The notes beneath the pieces are model-generated. The model was not told where the DNA came from. It made no database searches and saw only the letters and a list, made by a program, of their open reading frames with translations. A stretch of 64,000 nucleotides of DNA. Source: Felis catus. Lineage: Eukaryota. The stretch spans positions 26,538,001 through 26,602,000 of the forward strand of contig NC_058369.1 of the NCBI RefSeq assembly GCF_018350175.1. Direction: 5' to 3'. A program made the position numbers and the translations under genes. This document shows positions 23,741 through 36,274 of this stretch, in pieces (position 1 is the stretch's first letter; every line of letters starts with the position of its first letter).

Positions 23741-24874
23741 TACCACCTGATACACAAGGATTTTCTCATTTTCAGCCAAAGTTACAACCACAGACAGGTG
23801 AGGCAACTTGCCCAATGTAACACAGTCAGAAGAAAGGCAGAGCTGGGATTCAAACTCCAAAAGTGGTGCTCTTTCCACGACATCTACATCTTTGTCTCCC
23901 CGTGCTATGCCCTTGGGGAGCAGACCTTGACATTCCCACCTCTGTTTCCCAGGGCTTCCCAAAGCAAGGGATTGGCACCAAGCATAGCAAGTGTCTGCCC
24001 TTTCCACGAGGCCCACGCTGTGGGACACCAGGCTAGCTGGCGGCCGCCACCCCCCTGCGGGCTGGTTGCTGCCCAGCCAGTATTAGACAGGCTGGTCTCA
24101 CCTGAGAAGGAGCTGCCCAACCCAAACACATGTTGGCAAAGCATGGCTTCCAGCATTCCCCGCCTGAGGAGATAACCCTCGGCCTTGCAAGCTTCCAAAT
24201 TCCTATTGGAGCGGTTGGGGGGGCTGTGTGTAGACAAGGAGGTGAGCTCAGAGAGAGGGGGGTGAATGGTGACCGTGTGACAGAATCTGTGCCTCGTCGC
24301 AGGAGACCAGCCCATCTCATACTGGCGGGCCTGGCACGGCATCCGGTGGGCAGTGGCCAGACTGAATGGCGAGCTGCCGGACGCACCAGGGCAGACAGAC
24401 AGAAGGACAGACTAGGGCAAACACTGGGTAAAGCCAAACTCCTCCTCACAACTATGCTCAGCCTGGGCATGAGCACCGTGCCATCCTCACCTCCCTTTGC
24501 CAGCGCCTGCCCCCTCCCTGCAGGACTGCCCCTCCTTCCCCCTCCTCCCTCTCCTCCTTCTCTTAGATCCTGCCAAATGCTCACCTCCCCTGCCCTCCTG
24601 CTCTGGCTGGCATTCCTCAGCAAATTTATGCTCAGAGAAGTCTGTCCTGACTCCTACCTCCTTTATGGTACATGTCCAGAGCATTTTGAAATGACTGTAC
24701 AAATTGTTTTTTACCGGATGACTAGAGCCATACCTGTTTTTTAAAAATCCTGTCTTGTTAATCATCGTGTCCTTGTTTAACTGCCATGTAGGAAGTGCTC
24801 AGTTAATGCTCACTGAGTGAGCCTCCTGTACCGGCTCTGTTCCAGCCACGGACTTTGAGTCCACCGAAGCAGAG

Positions 24875-25070
24875 AGGCAGTGGTACCTAGTGCCGGGGGC
24901 ATACATTTTGCAGTGACATTGCTCAGGCGAGTTTTTGAGTCTTTCTGTGCCTTCGTTCCTCATCTGCAAAATGGGAGTGATAATGGTGCCTCCCTCACAG
25001 AGGTGATATGAAGATTAGATAAGCCCCAGATAGGACACAGAGCCTGGCACATAATAGATGCTCTTTTATG
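24875..25070 (+). mobile_element. MIR
   Basis: ctgtgcct..gttcctcatctgcaaaatgggagtgataat...agagcctggcacataatagatgctc. Confidence 0.75.
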
Positions 25071-25240
25071 TGTTTTTGTGATTATTATCCTAGATGCCTA
25101 GACAGAGAACTACAGGGATTAATAGGGGATAGCCACAGTTTCACTCCCATTTTATAGATAAGAAAACTGAGGTTTAGTGAAGGGGAGAGACTAGCCCAAA
25201 ATTACACAGCTAGAAAATTTATCAAGACTACAACACCTTT

Positions 25241-25454
25241 GGGGCACCCAGGTGGCTCAGTCGGTTTTAAGTGTTCGACTCTTAATTTCGACTCAGGTCA
25301 GGATCTCAGGGTCGAAAATGAGCCTTGTGTCGGGCTCTGTGCTGAACATAGAACCTGCTTGAGATTCTCTCTCTCTCTCTCTCTCTCTGTCTGTCTCCCT
25401 CTGCCCATCTCCCCACTCATGCACTCTCTGGTCTCTCAAAAAAAAAAAAAAAAA
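25241..25454 (+). mobile_element. CAN-SINE
   Basis: ggggcacccaggtggctcagtcgg head, (CT)n tract, A-run tail. Confidence 0.9.
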
Positions 25455-25774
25455 GATCACATACTTTGTTGTAAGTTTTCAGATCATTATTTTCAGAGAA
25501 AAATGAAATTTGGGGCCTTCTCTGTTCATTCCTCGAATACTGGTGTGAGTCATGGTTGATGCTCAAATGTTTTTTGAATGAAGAGATGAACGAATGAATG
25601 AACGCCAAAGGGCTCCCGTGGTTGAGGAAAAAAGCCTGCGATGCAGATGATCAGATCCCTGGCTCGCATGTCCTGCCTGCTCGTTCCTTATCTTCCGTCT
25701 GCCCTACTTCTATTTTCATTTCTGTCAATAATGTGGAACCCGAAGTATAGCCCTTTCCAGGCTGGTGAACATAC

Positions 25775-25975
25775 CTGAGGGTTCAAGGCTCCCGTGTCCC
25801 TGCGTCAGTAGAGAAGATGAGATGTTCCAGCTGGTGCTTTGGGTCCTGGACCCCAGCCAGCCAACCCCCTGGGCCGGCAGCTGAGGGAGGCCAGCCTGCT
25901 GGTTCTTGGAGGGGCTGGGGCCTCCCAGGTGGTCTCTCTAGATGCAGCAGGCCCAAAGGTAGGGACAAAGTGGCT
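25775..25975 (-). other. FAM3D: Probable non-coding exon 1 of FAM3D (5' end approximate)
   Basis: Strong donor CCCTCAG|gtatgt at 25774. The minus-strand sequence (CTGCATCTAGAG...GGCCCAGGG...CAGGGAC..GGGAGCCTTGAACCCTCAG) resembles my recollection of the human FAM3D 5' UTR. No ATG inside, not repeat-derived. Confidence 0.75.
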
Positions 25976-26200
25976 CATGAGCTCTTGGGTGGGCTCCCCC
26001 TGGCCCTGCCCTGGCCCTGCCCTCCTGCGAAGAAGCCTGTGAAGAAACCCTCCCTGCCCTGTTAAACAATCTTCCCCGGAAGGAGGAAATTAATCTAAGG
26101 GCTCACCGGGAGGAAATGAGTCCAAAGTCTTGCCTGGTTGAAGAGCCACTTGGAGCCCTGGCTTAGGCCTGCGTGTAAGTAGGTGTCTCTTCCCCACAGA
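25976..26200 (-). promoter_or_regulatory. Candidate FAM3D proximal promoter (no clear TATA box)
   Basis: Immediately upstream of exon 1. Contains a (GGGCAGGGCCA)2 repeat, a CCACCC KLF/SP-type box and CAAAG-core nuclear-receptor-like motifs nearby. Confidence 0.5.
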
Positions 26201-27355
26201 TCTCTCCTGGCCTTGGCAGAGGAACTTCGGGTGGGGATTTGAGCAACTCAACCAGGAATGAAATACCACAGTCACTGTTTGAGAAAGCAACACAAAACAC
26301 AGCATGGCACCAGGGCCCAAAACAAACCCACCCCACGCTGGCACCCTTTCCAGGCCCTGAGGGTGACGAGGGGACAGTTCAGTGAGGCAGTGGAGTGCTG
26401 TCACCCGCTTTGAGGTTCTAGGCCAGGCTGAGCGCTGCTGGAGGAAGCAGACGTGGGGAGGAGGCACACACCGTGGGTGGGGGAGGTAAAGGCCGCTGAG
26501 CCTGGATGATGGACGAGGGGCCTCCTCCACCAGGCGCAGGGAATGGTCTGCAGAAAAGATTCTGGATTTGGTTTGGGGCACAAGTTACAAGTTGAAGCCA
26601 GAGAAAGAAGGAGGGAGGGGAACAGAGAAGGGCCAACAGGTAGTAGAATTTCAGCACAACAGTGAGCGCAGCGTTAATCGTCTCTCTCTTTCCCTGGGAC
26701 TCAGTGTCCCCCACTCCCCATCCCGCACCCCCAAGCTTCGCTACTGGTCATCATCCTCATTCCCAAGAACGTTTCCTCTTAGGGTGAGTTCTTTCCCAGC
26801 AGGCACCGCGTTCCACGTAGTCCCCTGGGGGTCTTCCTGTTTGCTGGCAGACGGTGTTGCTCTAGTTGGTGGTTTCCACCCTGTTTCCGAGAGGATGTGC
26901 CGCCCTCTTGAAATGAATACCCAAGGACATGAGGTCAGACCGCTGGTCAGAGGATAAAGACACATGCCCAGGAGCTGCCACGAAGGAAGGGTGGCGGTGG
27001 CTGCTGCGTGAGGCGGTTCTGGTGCCCAGCGGGTCCCGGGGGGAGCAAGTTGGGGTGCGCTTTCCTGCATCCCGACTGGTTTTAGGCCTGACCTTCTGTC
27101 TGCTCCTGCCTTCTGTCTACTCCTCTCAGGAGAGTAGTTCTGGACAGTTCTGTGCATGGCTGGTGTATTTTTATCCTTCAGGCCTGACCTTCCCTGTGGA
27201 GACCCTCTGCCTTGCCTCCCAAAGTAAACAAGTGAGTCATTGAATTAAAATTGTGGTAAGTTCAGTGAGGGAAACTGTAACAGCGAATAGAGCAGGAGAA
27301 TGCCTCCCAGCAGGTGGTCAGGAGAGGCCTCTCTGAGGAGAGAACTGGGAGGCGC

Positions 27356-27831
27356 TGTCCTATATCCTAGGGCTGCTATGGAACCAACAACCACAAACAC
27401 AGTGTCTTTATTATCTTTCAGTCTGCTAGGTCACAAGGCTGAGGGTCTCACTGGGTTAAAATCCAGGTGGAGGTAGGACTGTGTTCCTTTTTGGAGGCTC
27501 CATAGAGATTTTGTTTCCCTGCCTTTTCCGGGTCCTGGAGGTGGCGTGCTTTCCTTGGCTCATGACCCCTTCCTCCAACTTCAAAGCCAGCAGTGTCTCA
27601 TCAATGACGCTTCTTCCTTCTCTCTCTTCTGCTTTTCTCTTCCACTCTTAAGGATCCATGAAGACATTGGGCCCAGCCAGATACTCCAGGACCCTCTCCC
27701 TGTCTCAGGGTCTCCTGATTAGTAACCTTAATTCTATCTGCAACTTTAATTGCTTTTTGCCATATAACTAAGGGCACATGTTTGCAAGGCTCTGGGTTTT
27801 AGGACATAGGCATCTTCGAAGGCTGCTAACA
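27356..27831 (-). mobile_element. MaLR LTR (MLT1C/D-like)
   Basis: ctagggctgct...accacaaac...ttccttggctcatgacccct...ttgccatataac...aggacataggcatct pattern. Confidence 0.75.
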
Positions 27832-27893
27832 TCAGGAACAATCCTGTTTGAGTTTCTGTGTAGCACTTACAACAGCCTGAAATGATATTTCTT

Positions 27894-28082
27894 TTTTCTT
27901 TTTCTTTTTCTTTAGAGAGAGTGTGAGCGGAGGAGAGGCAGAGAGAGAGCGGGACAGAGGATCCAAAGCAGAATCCATGACAGGAGAGAGCATGATGTGG
28001 GGCTTTGAACTCATGGAGCCTGAGATTGTGACTGAAGTCGAAGTCAGACGACACACAACCCACTGAGCCACTCAGGTGCCCC
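27894..28082 (-). mobile_element. CAN-SINE
   Basis: Perfect TSD tgaaatgatatttctt on both sides. Confidence 0.9.
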
Positions 28083-31000
28083 TGAAATGATATTTCTTGA
28101 ATATTTGTTCACTTGTCACCTGTCTTGCTTTACTGGAAAGTGAATCCCACTAGGGCTGGGGCCTTGGTGGTTCTGCTTACTAGAATAATGCCTGGTGCCC
28201 AGTACATGCTGAGTAAAGGTTTGCTGAATGAATGAATGAATGAATGAGTGCCAGCTCATTTCTGCATTGGTGTCAATACAGACAGCCCCGGTCCATGGGC
28301 CAGAAGCTGTGACCCCTACTCTACTCAGAGCATCTGTGTGACCCTGGGCCTCCTCTCCCCTGCTTTGGGTCTCAGACATCCTTGCAAAAGCCTTGTGATG
28401 AAGAGAAGGCCCAGAGCAGTCTCCTCAAGGGCTTCATGTCTTGGAGGGGTTAATAACCTTCAGGAAATCATCCTTTCATTTTCCCTCCAATGGCAAACCC
28501 TCCCTGAAGCAGCAGCCTGAGCAGGCCTCCCAGGGGACATTCTCTCCAGTGTTCACTCAGAGAGGAACCAGCCGGGTCTCAGCACTGGGGCTGGTTCCTG
28601 TGTGCACCAGGGACTCCCCCGCACGGTCCGCGGTGTGGGTGGAGAACATGGGCTCCGACTCATACAGGCTTGGGTGTTACCTGACTCTGCTCCTGACCTG
28701 CTGGGTCCCCTTGGCAGGTGCCCTCCCATTTTCAAGCCTTGGTTTCCTCTTCTATGAAGTGGGATAGTTCTTGTGTCATAGGATAGTTATGAGAATTTGT
28801 TTGAAAAACGTGGCCCATAGTGGATGCTCAGTAAACTCCGTGATTATAATTACTTCTTTGTGTAATATCATCTGTGAGGTGGATTTTCCTGAAAGAGCCA
28901 GGATGCCTTCTCTCTCTCTCTCACATGTCGACACTGGAGGATTGGGGATCAGTGTCAAAGTCTGGATTAGGGTATGGGAAGGGGTCTTAAAAGCACAATT
29001 ATTGTTGTATGGCAGTTGATTCATTTCCTTTGGGAGTGTTGGTGTGAAAGGCTGACCCAGTGACCAGGAGGGACCGGTCAGCATTCCTCCCATTGCTGAC
29101 GGGTTCAGGGGAGTGGCTCTGCCACCAGCACGTCCTCAGGGAAGCAGTTGTAACACAGCAGCTTACTTCTTTTATCTAATTATAAAAATAATATGGTCCC
29201 ATCATGGAAATTTTGGAAAACACCGAATAGTGTAAAGGAAAAAAATATCAGGCAAGCGTAACTCTCTTGGGAACGATGTCAGTATTTTGCCCTTTTTCCT
29301 GCCCCTGATTGTTGGACAGAACTCTTCCTGTCCATCCGGTTTTGTGCCCTTCTTTTTTCACTTATCATTACAGCTGAGGTATTTCCCACGTTGCCGAAAA
29401 CCCGTACACGGATTTCTTAACGACTCTCGCCTGTTGCAGAGGGCTACCTTCATTTACCCTCCTCGGCTGCTGGGTGTTTGATCTTTTCTGTGTGTGTGTG
29501 TGTTATAAATACACCGCGATGAATTCTTACCGGTATATCTTGTGACCTTTGTACACCTATATTTCCTTTATTTTTTAAATGGGAACAATTAATTCCAGCC
29601 TTCCTATCCCACGAGGTTTTATGAGGCAAAAAGGGGAACACGGATGTGAAGGGGCTTTCAAAACCATGGGGGAAAGGAGCTGTCCAGATAGAAGGCCAGG
29701 TTTTGAGCATTGTCTCTTCCAGCACTGTGTGTTCAAGGTGTGTGCATGCGTGCGTGAGTGTTCCTAGAAGGTGGGAGGATTAGACGAGTGTGGGTCTAGG
29801 GCTAATAGCCACAGAATCAGCATTTATGCGGCATTTCCTATCTGCATGGCACTCCAGTAAGCAAGATCCATGTATAATCTGAGTTCATCCTGAACAGCCC
29901 TCAGAGGGAAGTCCTATCATTAGCTACAGCTTCTGATTGAGGAGCCTGAGGCATAGAAAGGTGAAGTAATTTGCCCCTGACAACACAGCGAGTGGGAAAT
30001 TGGGGAGCGACACACACACCACCCACCAGCACCTCCAAGAGCTTCAGGGGCTCCGGAACAGAAATGCAGGGCCCCCCAGCATTTCCCCAAATAAGGCGCT
30101 TTTTAAAAATGGAACATGGCCCTGTGTTCCTGGCAGACAGAGAAACTAATCTGAAGATTATTTCCCCAGAGCTGGGGTAGTTTCTGAATTAGAATGCTTC
30201 GTTCAGAGAGGAAAAGCCCAGAGGAGCAGAACCCACCCCTGGCATGTCTGAGATAAAACGGCAGAGCTGCGTCCCGGTGTATGTGTCCAAGTGTGGGTCC
30301 CCATCATGTGAGTGCATGTGTCTTGGGTACCCATAAGCATGTGTGTGTGCGCACACAGGGGTAGGCAGATGTGTGTGTTTGTGTAGGCTGTACTTAGCTT
30401 TCCGGGTGCCCAAAGACAAAAGAGTTGGTTTACTAATGAAATAAATGCTCACCGCACCAATTTTTCTAGTTCTGATCTTTGAGAAGAAACTGGACCAGGA
30501 CCTAGGTTGGGATTTCTGTGTATTCCCTTCAGCATCAAATCACCAGCATGTTTTCACAGCAACCACAGGGCCTTGATAACAAAGGCAAGCCAGGTGTGTG
30601 TCGAAGCCAAGGAGGAAAGGCACAAACATTACTATGCCAAGCGGTGCCACCGGAAACTACAAATAATTTACAGTTTTCTGTAGCCTCGTTAATTGACCAA
30701 ATCCAATGTAGCCACGTGTGCCTTGTGCCTTGATCTGCTATGTAATAAAATCAGTGCCTTGGCATGAGACGCTCAGCAAAGGACAGAATACTAATAGAGT
30801 TAGAGATTCTGTTTGCAAGCATTAATAATTCATTCCTTCATTCATTTCTTTTAGTGCTGCGGCAGTTCCTTTGAACAGCAGCAACAGCAACAAAGAACCA
30901 TCCATGCCAGGACTGGTGTGGGCAGCTGGCACAGAAGCTCGTCGGCTTGGAGCCCTAGGCCTGGGCAGCCTGGCCAAACTGCATTTCTCGGGTATGTGGC

Positions 31001-31221
31001 TCTGCATTGGGGGGCGGGGAGGACAGCGGGATCAGGTTAGAAGTCTGACCTGGCTCTACATCAGGGGGTCACAGAGAGGCATCCTTTTCTGGAGGCTGCT
31101 GGGGGAAATTTGCCTTTTTCCCTTTTCCAGTTTCTAGAGGCTACTTTCTTGGCTCTTGGCCCCTTCCTCCTTTTCACATGTCTTTCTCTGACTCTCTCCT
31201 CTCCTCTCCCACTTAAGAAAA

Positions 31222-31577
31222 AATGTTTATTTATTTTTGATTGAGAGTGGGGTGCCTGGGTGGGTCAGTCAGTTAAGCGTCCGACTTTGGCTTGGGTCAT
31301 CATTGTCGGTGAGTTTGAGCCCCGTGTGGGCTCTGTGCTGACAGCTCAGAGCCTGGAGCCTGCTTGGGATTCTGTGTCTCCCTCTCTCTCTCTCTCCCCC
31401 TCCCCCACTCCCATTCTGTATCTCTCTCTCTCAAAAATAAATAAAGAAATTTATTTTTGAGAGAGAGCAGAGGAGGAGCAGAGAGAGAAGCGGACAGAGG
31501 ATTGGAAGCAGGCTCCACCCTGACGACAGGCAGCCCAATGTGGGCCTCCAAAGCATGGAACCGTGAGATCATGACCC
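31222..31577 (-). mobile_element. Older CAN-SINE split by an oppositely oriented SINE; lies in an MLT1-like fragment starting ~31030
   Basis: Tail at 31222-31248, body at 31449-31577. Confidence 0.8.
31249..31448 (+). mobile_element. Feline CAN-SINE nested in the older SINE
   Basis: ggggtgcctgggtgggtcagtcagttaagcgtccgac head; TSD atttatttttga(tt/ga)gagag. Confidence 0.92.
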
Positions 31578-33819
31578 CATCTGACCCTTGAAGACCCTAC
31601 TCTTCAAGATGGATCTACTGTACACAATTTCTAAGGATCCTTCTGGAACATTCTATGCACACACAGGCATATATGTGTGTCTTCTTTGTTCTCTGTCTTT
31701 TTCTTTCTGTTTCTCTCTCTGTTACTCCTCTTTTTTGCCTGCTATCCAGATGGTCATCCATCAATCCACTCACTCATCCACTCAGCTGGTATGAATTTTA
31801 CTCTACACCACAGGTATAAGAATTGTCATATTTCTTTATTTTTCTAAATCAAGTTGAATCTCACTCCAAACCGCTTGTCAGGGTGGTGAGAATTTCAGTA
31901 TTAACCATAATTCAACTTTAGTACCAACCATAATTCTGGAGCTCCCTTCGTCATTCCTGGTTGCCAAAAAATAGGGGTGAGGAGGGGCTTAGTGATGTTG
32001 CAGAAACAGGATCTGGCGTCTCCTTTTCTTTCCACATAGTCATAGGTTTCTAAACAGTATTCTGCGAAGGATTTCAATTAAACACCATAAAGAAATAGAC
32101 ACATATAGTTGAAAGGCTGCAAGAAATTCAGCCAAGTACCAACAGTGCTGTCTCTCAGAAGTGGGATTACAGCAATTTTAATCTTCTTCTTGGCCCAACT
32201 CTTCCCTCACCTCCTACATTTTCTATACCTAATAGATATTACTCTATAATCAGCACAATAAAGTTTATTATCAGTACCCTGTGTTGCCCCTCCACTGGCC
32301 TTTACTTTCAGTTGAGTGTACCACTCCTCAAGACCATGGAATCCTCCTTAGGTGGGGTCCTCCTTGGGTGGGGGAGAAAGTTTAAAAAGCAGATAAATCC
32401 TTGCAATGCAAACTGGAGGCTGCCCTGATTTTTTAGGCTGTGGGGTGGGCTTGGGTGGAGCAGGGAGTCTGATGGCCTATATGGCCACCTCATCACTTTT
32501 TTTATTGGGGTTCACAGCTATTGTCCTTTCATTTCAGAGGTGAGGGCTCACCCCTCCCAGCTTCCAGGCAGCCATATTGGTTCAAACCTGCCCTTCTGCT
32601 CTGGCCTCTGCTCCTTCAGGGACCATGGAGGATGTGGGTGTGAGAAGTAAGGGAGGTGATTCATTTTCAGAAATACCAAATAAAAGTTTTGCTGTCTAGT
32701 TAATGATAGGTTTACAACCTATTGGAAATATGTATGAACCCTCCCCACAATGGAGTCCCAAACCCTTAGACACTTCACTCCCTGGTTCTTCTTCCCCTCC
32801 CCATTTAGCAGGCTTGTTTTCTCGGGCTTTGCGATGAGCATGTGCCAAAGAATAAAGGAAGGAGGGCCTGAAAGTCTCTGTGTCACCTCAGGGAATGTAC
32901 GTTTGTTCCAATCAGCCTACTTTTTGCCTTACATGGGAATAGACACTGTCTGGGTCAGTCTTTAACCTGTGTAGTACTCAGCTAATGAGGAACCAGGGGA
33001 GGGACTTTTGTGCTAGGAGATAAATTGTCTGCTATAACTGCCCTGAGTGTGCCCGTCCATCAGACACCTGCTCTTGCAAGAACGTTGATCCCTCCTTTGA
33101 CTGCATCAGTGGGCTTATTTCTCTCAGGGGAAGCACAAGTCCAGGGAGCCATGGCATGAGGAGGGTGACCTGGAGCTTCCCTCCCAGGTACTGGGCTCTG
33201 AGTGGGTGCATCCATCAGGATGTGGGCTGGTGGGTCTGGGGAAAGCAAACACTGAGCACATTTGGGAGTTTCTTCATTCTGATTGTCTCCAGCACCTTTG
33301 GAATGGGGAAGGGAAGGTGGTATGATCACCCCTTATGGCATTCATCCATTTAGCTGTTCACCCACAAATATTCAATGAGTACCTTCTCTGGACTAGACAC
33401 CAGGCCTTGAGCGCAGTGAAAAACAAAAATATATCTACTTCCTGACACGGTCTGGATGCCAAAAGAGGGGCTCTGACACTTGTTTCCTGCTGTCTTTCTT
33501 CTTCTTTGCTGTAATTCCCACCCCTAGAATATAGTAGGATCTCCGTAAAAATTTGTGAAAACAATGAAAAATTTGTTTCTTGTTAGCTGAAGGAGGCAAT
33601 CTAATAGCAAAGAAATCTGAGAGCCAAATGAAATGGAAGAGTTTTCTCCCCAGTTCTTATAGATGCCTCATTGTCATCGTCATCATCATCATCATCATGG
33701 ATACGGATGAGGCCTTATGTTCTCCATGTTTTCCTGTCATGTTCACATTTTGTCTTCACTAAGATAATGCTGGGAAAAATCCAGCCTTGCCCATCACTGT
33801 ACTGTGCACGTGGTCCATT

Positions 33820-34000
33820 TATCTGGGTTCAAATCCTGGCAGGGTGAGCATGGTCGGACAGGTTACTCCCTCTCTCTGAGTCCTGGTGTCCTCCTCTATA
33901 AAATGAGGTTTATAAGGCAGATGTTCTCACTGGGTTGTCATGAGGATTAAATGAGATGATGCAGGTAAAAATTCACATGGAGCCTGGCTCAGAGCAGAAT
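33820..34000 (+). mobile_element. MIR
   Basis: ctgggttcaaatcctggc...ctctctgag...cctctataaaatgagg...tgaggattaaatgagatgatgca. Confidence 0.75.
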
Positions 34001-34580
34001 GCTTCCTCCCTGTCAACTGATGTCTTTCTTTGTGAACCCTGAACTACACTGACCTTCTTTGTAGGAGGTCCTGATGGATGCTGAGGACTTGCTGCCTCAG
34101 GGATGTGGCCCTATCTCCCAGGCCACGAAGAGTTCTGGAATCGGGACTCCGACAGGGAGCAGCAAAGGGAACTGACAGCTTCTAAATGCCTTTTTCCTTA
34201 TTGAGCTGCAAGGAGATGCAATGTTGGGCCAGACAATGCCTAGGCTGGGGAGAGGGTGATATGGGGAGCTGGTGTCTTACCTTAGTCTTTGAACTACACC
34301 CTTCCCAACCTAGTTGAGAACAGTGACCAGTGTCAGAAATCACCTCTCACACCCTTTTGGTTAGAGAGAGAAATCACTCCCTGCTACTGCCTCACATCTT
34401 CATTCACACTTTGACGATTGCTTTGAACTCACTGATAGTCATCTGTGTCTGTCTCCACCAGCTGATGTGCTGACAGAAGTTCACAACCAGCTCTTCAGAA
34501 AAAAATGTAGACATATCTACATATACCTAGGTTTATTATATTGCATGATATAAAGGATGTATAGCAAATACACATTTATT

Positions 34581-34799
34581 TTTTTTAAGTTTATTTCTTT
34601 TGAGAGAGAAAGAGAGAGAGAGAGAGCATGCATGTGTGTGTGTGTGGGGGGGGGGAGGGATGGGCAGAGGGAGGGGGGGAAAGAGAGAATCCCTAACAGT
34701 TTCCGTACTGTCAGCACAGAACCAGATGTGGGGCTTGAACTCATGAACCATGAGATCATGACCTGAGCCAAGATCAGGAGTCAGATGCTTAACTGACTC
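34581..34799 (-). mobile_element. CAN-SINE, 5' end missing
   Basis: TSD aaa(t/c)acacatt(t/g)att. Confidence 0.88.
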
Positions 34800-35256
34800 A
34801 AACACACATTGATTATTACATAAGAACAACATATACAATGTTCTTTCTTATAAATTTCATATGGCCATTGACTCTCACAGAATGACTTCATCCATTTTTG
34901 CCTACTCTTGTTTTAGCCAATTTATGGTTGCAATTCAGGCGTGATGTGACACAATTTGACTATGAGTATGTACTTGATCACTTTCTGATTCAGCAAAGAG
35001 GCTTTCATGTCATTGAATGAGCAAGTGTAGTTCTGTCATGAACTTTGATTGATATTTTCATTTATGTTAATAAGTAAGATGAAGGTAAGACACTAAAGAC
35101 GTCTGTCGAAACTTCACTTGATTGTCAATGACATGAGTGAGTTTTTTGCTGAATTAGATAACAGTTTTTGAATGCTGGAAGAACATTTCTTTGATTTTTT
35201 GTTCAATTTAAATGCAATGGCTACAGCACATGGCACACTTAATGTTTGCTGCATGG

Positions 35257-35477
35257 TTTTTTGTTGTTGTTATTTTGTTTTTTTTTTTGTTGGGGGGTGC
35301 AGAGAGAGTGTGTGTGTGCATGAGCAGGGGAGAGGGGCAGAGGGAGAGAGAGAGAATCCTAAGCAGGCTTCGTGCTCAGTGCAGAGCCCAATGTGGGGCT
35401 TGATCCCATGACCCTGGGATCATGACAGTTCAAATCTAGAGTCAGATGCTCAACTGACTAAGCCACCCAGGCGCCTC
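35257..35477 (-). mobile_element. CAN-SINE
   Basis: TSD tgtttgctg. Confidence 0.88.
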
Positions 35478-36274
35478 TGTTTGCTGTGTTGTTAACATTT
35501 CTCCACCACTTTCTTAAGTGTAAATCAAGCTCACATTTGTAGTGGTTGCCAATTTCTGTGGTGTAAATACACACACTATGGTCAGTTTGAAGCTGTCATT
35601 GTGAAATCATTAACTGTGGAGCTGGGAAGACACACACAGTAGCACACCACTGTGTAACATTTCCACCATACATCTATAGTATCTGCCTACTGCTTCAAGA
35701 GCATAGATAGAAGTAAAGTGTAGAAAGATAATTAGGAACTGCTGAGTTTTGAGTATTGCTGTTTTAAAATATAATTTATTTAATTCGTAAGTTGAAATAA
35801 TTTAACTTTTCATAATGGCTGTGTTCAACAATTGGGTCACAAGATTACTGGAAATTGAACAGTTGGCTCTTGTGAGCCAGGACAAACTGGCTCCAGCTCT
35901 CCATAATCTGAGTGACACTTCAAGCTGAGCAGGTTCTTATCCGTCTCTGGCCACAGCACTTAGCCACTGCTTGCCACACTGGCAGATCTCTGTAAACATG
36001 AGCTGATGAAGGAGTGGCTCGCATTATCTGTCCACCTAGCCTGTAAGCTCCTGGAAAGAAAAACAATATTATTGTCACTTTGAATCCTCATTCCCCAACA
36101 AAGAGAATCATACATCAGGGATGTTGTGACCGATTTTACACCCTGAGGAGCACCTGAAATGCTTTGTCTGGGAGCAGAAATGACCCACCACAAGGCCCTC
36201 AAGCAGGACATACAGAGGGTGGGTATTAATGAATCTCTAGTTACTATTTCCTGGGATTAGCTCATGTCACTGCC

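Larger units (their letters stand above)
1962..25975 (-). other. FAM3D: FAM3D gene, 5' part (exons 1-6); 3' exons lie beyond the left edge of the window
   Basis: Five GT-AG exons (13+108+21+118+59 coding nt) join in frame into a FAM3-family protein with a hydrophobic N-terminus and the motifs KCG..KPCP...FAFKI.SGAANVVGP.MCFE and MSPVKNNVGRGLNIALVN. The N-terminus MRVSGVLR..ALIFA.VTTW matches FAM3D as recalled. Confidence 0.96.
34459..35905. mobile_element. MER63C/D-like hAT-Blackjack DNA transposon fossil carrying two SINEs
   Basis: Degenerate termini cagctgatgtgctg... and ...ggctcttgtgagccagg..actggctccagc; internal taattaggaa.tg.tgagttttgagtatt and taatggctgtgtt.aacaa match recalled MER63. 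Confidence 0.7.

Noticed and set aside
24033..24744. Overlapping ~200-aa ORFs on both strands (also 6789-7427, 10478-11131, 13397-13972)
   Set aside because: Chance ORFs in GC-rich intron with low-complexity P/G/R/S composition and no recognisable domain.
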